Source: an uncultured Actinomycetota bacterium
Lineage (GTDB): Bacteria; Actinomycetota; Actinomycetes; S36-B12; GCA-2699445
Assembly: GCA_963766005.1 (NCBI GenBank)
Contig: CAVXYG010000006.1
Span: forward strand, 264,158-328,157
Direction of reading: 5' to 3'
DNA length: 64,000 bases
Made by a program: the position numbers and the translations under genes
Shown here: positions 62,685-64,000 of the stretch, in pieces
Position numbering within the stretch: position 1 is the stretch's first letter
Layout of the letters: each line of letters opens with the position of its first letter
Notes under the pieces: generated by a model
Told to the model about the DNA's origin: nothing
The model's database searches: none
Seen by the model: the letters and a program-made list of their open reading frames with translations, nothing else

Positions 62685-63640
62685 TCAGGCCTCTTCCAGC
62701 TGCTTGATCATCCGCTTGATGTAGAACACCGACACGATCATGCAGCATCAGCACCATGAGCACGCCGATCGCGGAGCCGGCACCGAAGTCATTCGCCGAG
62801 AACGACACCCGATAGGCGAACAGTCCCAGGAGATCGGTGTCCTTGGCGATGCCGCCGGCCTTCTGCAGGATGAACACCTGGGTGAACACGCGGAAGTCCC
62901 AGATCGTCGACAGGGCCGTCAGGATCAGGAAGATCGGTGCCAGCAGTGGGCGGTGAGGCGACGGAACTGGGTCCACGCCGAGCGCACCGTCCAGTGCGGC
63001 CGCCTCGTACATCTCGTTCGGGATCTGGCTGAGCCCGGCGAACAGCGTCAGCGCGACGAACGGAATAGCTCCCCAGACGACGATGATGGCGGCCAGCGTC
63101 AGCAGCGACAGCGGCTCGGCCAACCAGGAGTACCCTTCGAATTGCTCGAACCCGAGGCTCACCAGCGCCCAGTTCACGATCCCGAATTGGGTGTCGAACA
63201 GCAACTGCCAGGTCTGCGTCGCGGTCACCACCGGCGTCGCCCACGCCAGCAGCAGTCCGATGAGCACGAACAGTCGCATCTTGTTGCCCAACTTGTTGAG
63301 CAGCAGCGCGACCAGGGTGCCGAGCACCATGGTGGCAACGACGCACACCAAGGTGAACACCAGCGTCCGGACGACCACGGTGCCAGAAGTAGCGGTCGCT
63401 GAGAATCTCGATGTAGTTGGCGAAGTTGTTCCACGATTCGGTGCCCTGGGCGATGTTCCGGAGTTTGGCCTCCTGGAGCGACAGGATGACCATGCGCACG
63501 ATCGGATAGCCGAGCACCAAGAGCAGGATCACCGATGGCCGGCGCGAGCAGGCCGATCGCCAGTCGGTTGCGCCTGGGCTCGTTCTCCTGCGGCGCGCCA
63601 GAGTCTTGCTCCGGTGACTGCCGTTGTCGTCGTCAGTCAC
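62685..63640 (-). pseudogene. carbohydrate ABC permease (MalF-like) with at least four frame disruptions
   Basis: Recognisable segments alternate between frames: 'RLAIGLLAPAI' / 'VILLLVLGYPIVRMVILSLQ...SDRYFW' / 'TVVVRTLVFTLV...EMYEAAALDGA' / garbled 11 codons where 'AWTQFRRLT' is out of frame / 'PLLAPIFLIL...SAIGVLMVLML' / 'MIVSVFYIKRMIKQLEEA'. Confidence 0.8.
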
Positions 63641-63807
63641 GACTGATCACCGCCTCGGTGGGTCTGATCCCACTGCCGGTAACCTAGCGGGTCGCGCGGC
63701 GCCATGGGACGGCATTGGGCGATCCTCTGCGACGATCATGGAGGCAGGGCCCGGGCTCAAGTGCCGCCCGGGCCCCTGCGAGATCGCCTCCGACGGGGCC
63801 GGGGGTA

Positions 63808-64000
63808 CTACTGGTTGAGCGTGTCCGTGATCGCCTGCGAGGCCTCTTGCGTGGCGTCGTCGATGCTGGACTGGCCGGTGAAGATCTTCACCAGCATGTC
63901 CTGCAGCACCGCCGAACTCTCGACGTTGGCCCAGTTCGGGCTGACCGGCGTGAATCGCGAGTTGGTGCTCGCGTCGTCGGCGACCTGCAGGAACGGGTTG
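63808..64000 (-). CDS. sugar ABC substrate-binding protein, C-terminal end (gene continues beyond the window)
   Basis: Minus-strand translation '...NPFLQVADDASTNSRFTPVSPNWANVESSAVLQDMLVKIFTGQSSIDDATQEASQAITDTLNQ' ends at TAG 63808-63810. Confidence 0.6.
   Translation of the reverse strand, partial: NPFLQVADDASTNSRFTPVSPNWANVESSAVLQDMLVKIFTGQSSIDDATQEASQAITDTLNQ

Noticed and set aside
60688-63378. 896-aa ORF that looks like a giant fusion protein.
   Set aside because: Only the last 364 codons (from ATG 61782) are the ABC ATPase. Upstream, the ORF reads through the two decayed permease genes: mostly out-of-frame Arg/Gly/Pro-rich sequence, but in frame with a central part of the MalF-like gene.

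Overview
High-GC (about 70%) actinobacterial chromosome segment, annotated by eye from the translated ORFs and the raw sequence; no database search or folding program was run.

Left part (1-26.4 kb): accessory, heavily decayed DNA.
- Fragments of IS110, IS3 (two) and IS256 elements.
- A multiply frameshifted tyrosine integrase and a frameshifted conjugation-associated gene.
- Four apparently intact type II toxin-antitoxin pairs (VapBC, RHH plus small toxin, HepT/MntA, RelE/YefM), one complete orphan RHH gene, and several RHH/HigA remnants.
- A SLATT-like 2-TM protein.
- A translationally coupled SEC-C/TPR + PRiA4_ORF3 gene pair.
- The stretch 11.87-26.39 kb is bracketed by tRNA-Pro(GGG) and a 34-nt copy of its 3' half, so it looks like an immobilised island integrated at tRNA-Pro.

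Right part (26.4-64 kb): a conserved minus-strand housekeeping array.
- der-cmk-tyrA-aroH, rluB-scpB-scpA-parA-like, nudix-pyrG, recN-nadK-tlyA, pdtaR-like, nusB-efp-pepP-aroQ-aroB-aroK-aroC, aroE-mltG-ruvX-alaS.
- It is interrupted by a plus-strand envelope block: GH26-like hydrolase, PgaC-like GT2 synthase, a mini LAxTG peptide and a class E sortase.
- It ends in a sugar ABC transporter operon.

Most notable observations:
1. Frameshifts and stop codons are concentrated in particular genes (recN, a LivJ-like binding protein, both sugar permeases, an esterase and others), while long neighbouring genes are intact.
2. A 74-nt class-I-shaped tRNA carries a CAA (Leu) anticodon.
3. A ~145-bp structured repeat sits next to both tRNA-Pro-derived sequences, with wobble-compatible stem substitutions.
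4. An 18-bp x8 tandem repeat plus a 17-bp inverted repeat lie upstream of aroH.

I did not find a clear-cut novel multi-gene system. The best candidates are listed with modest interest scores.
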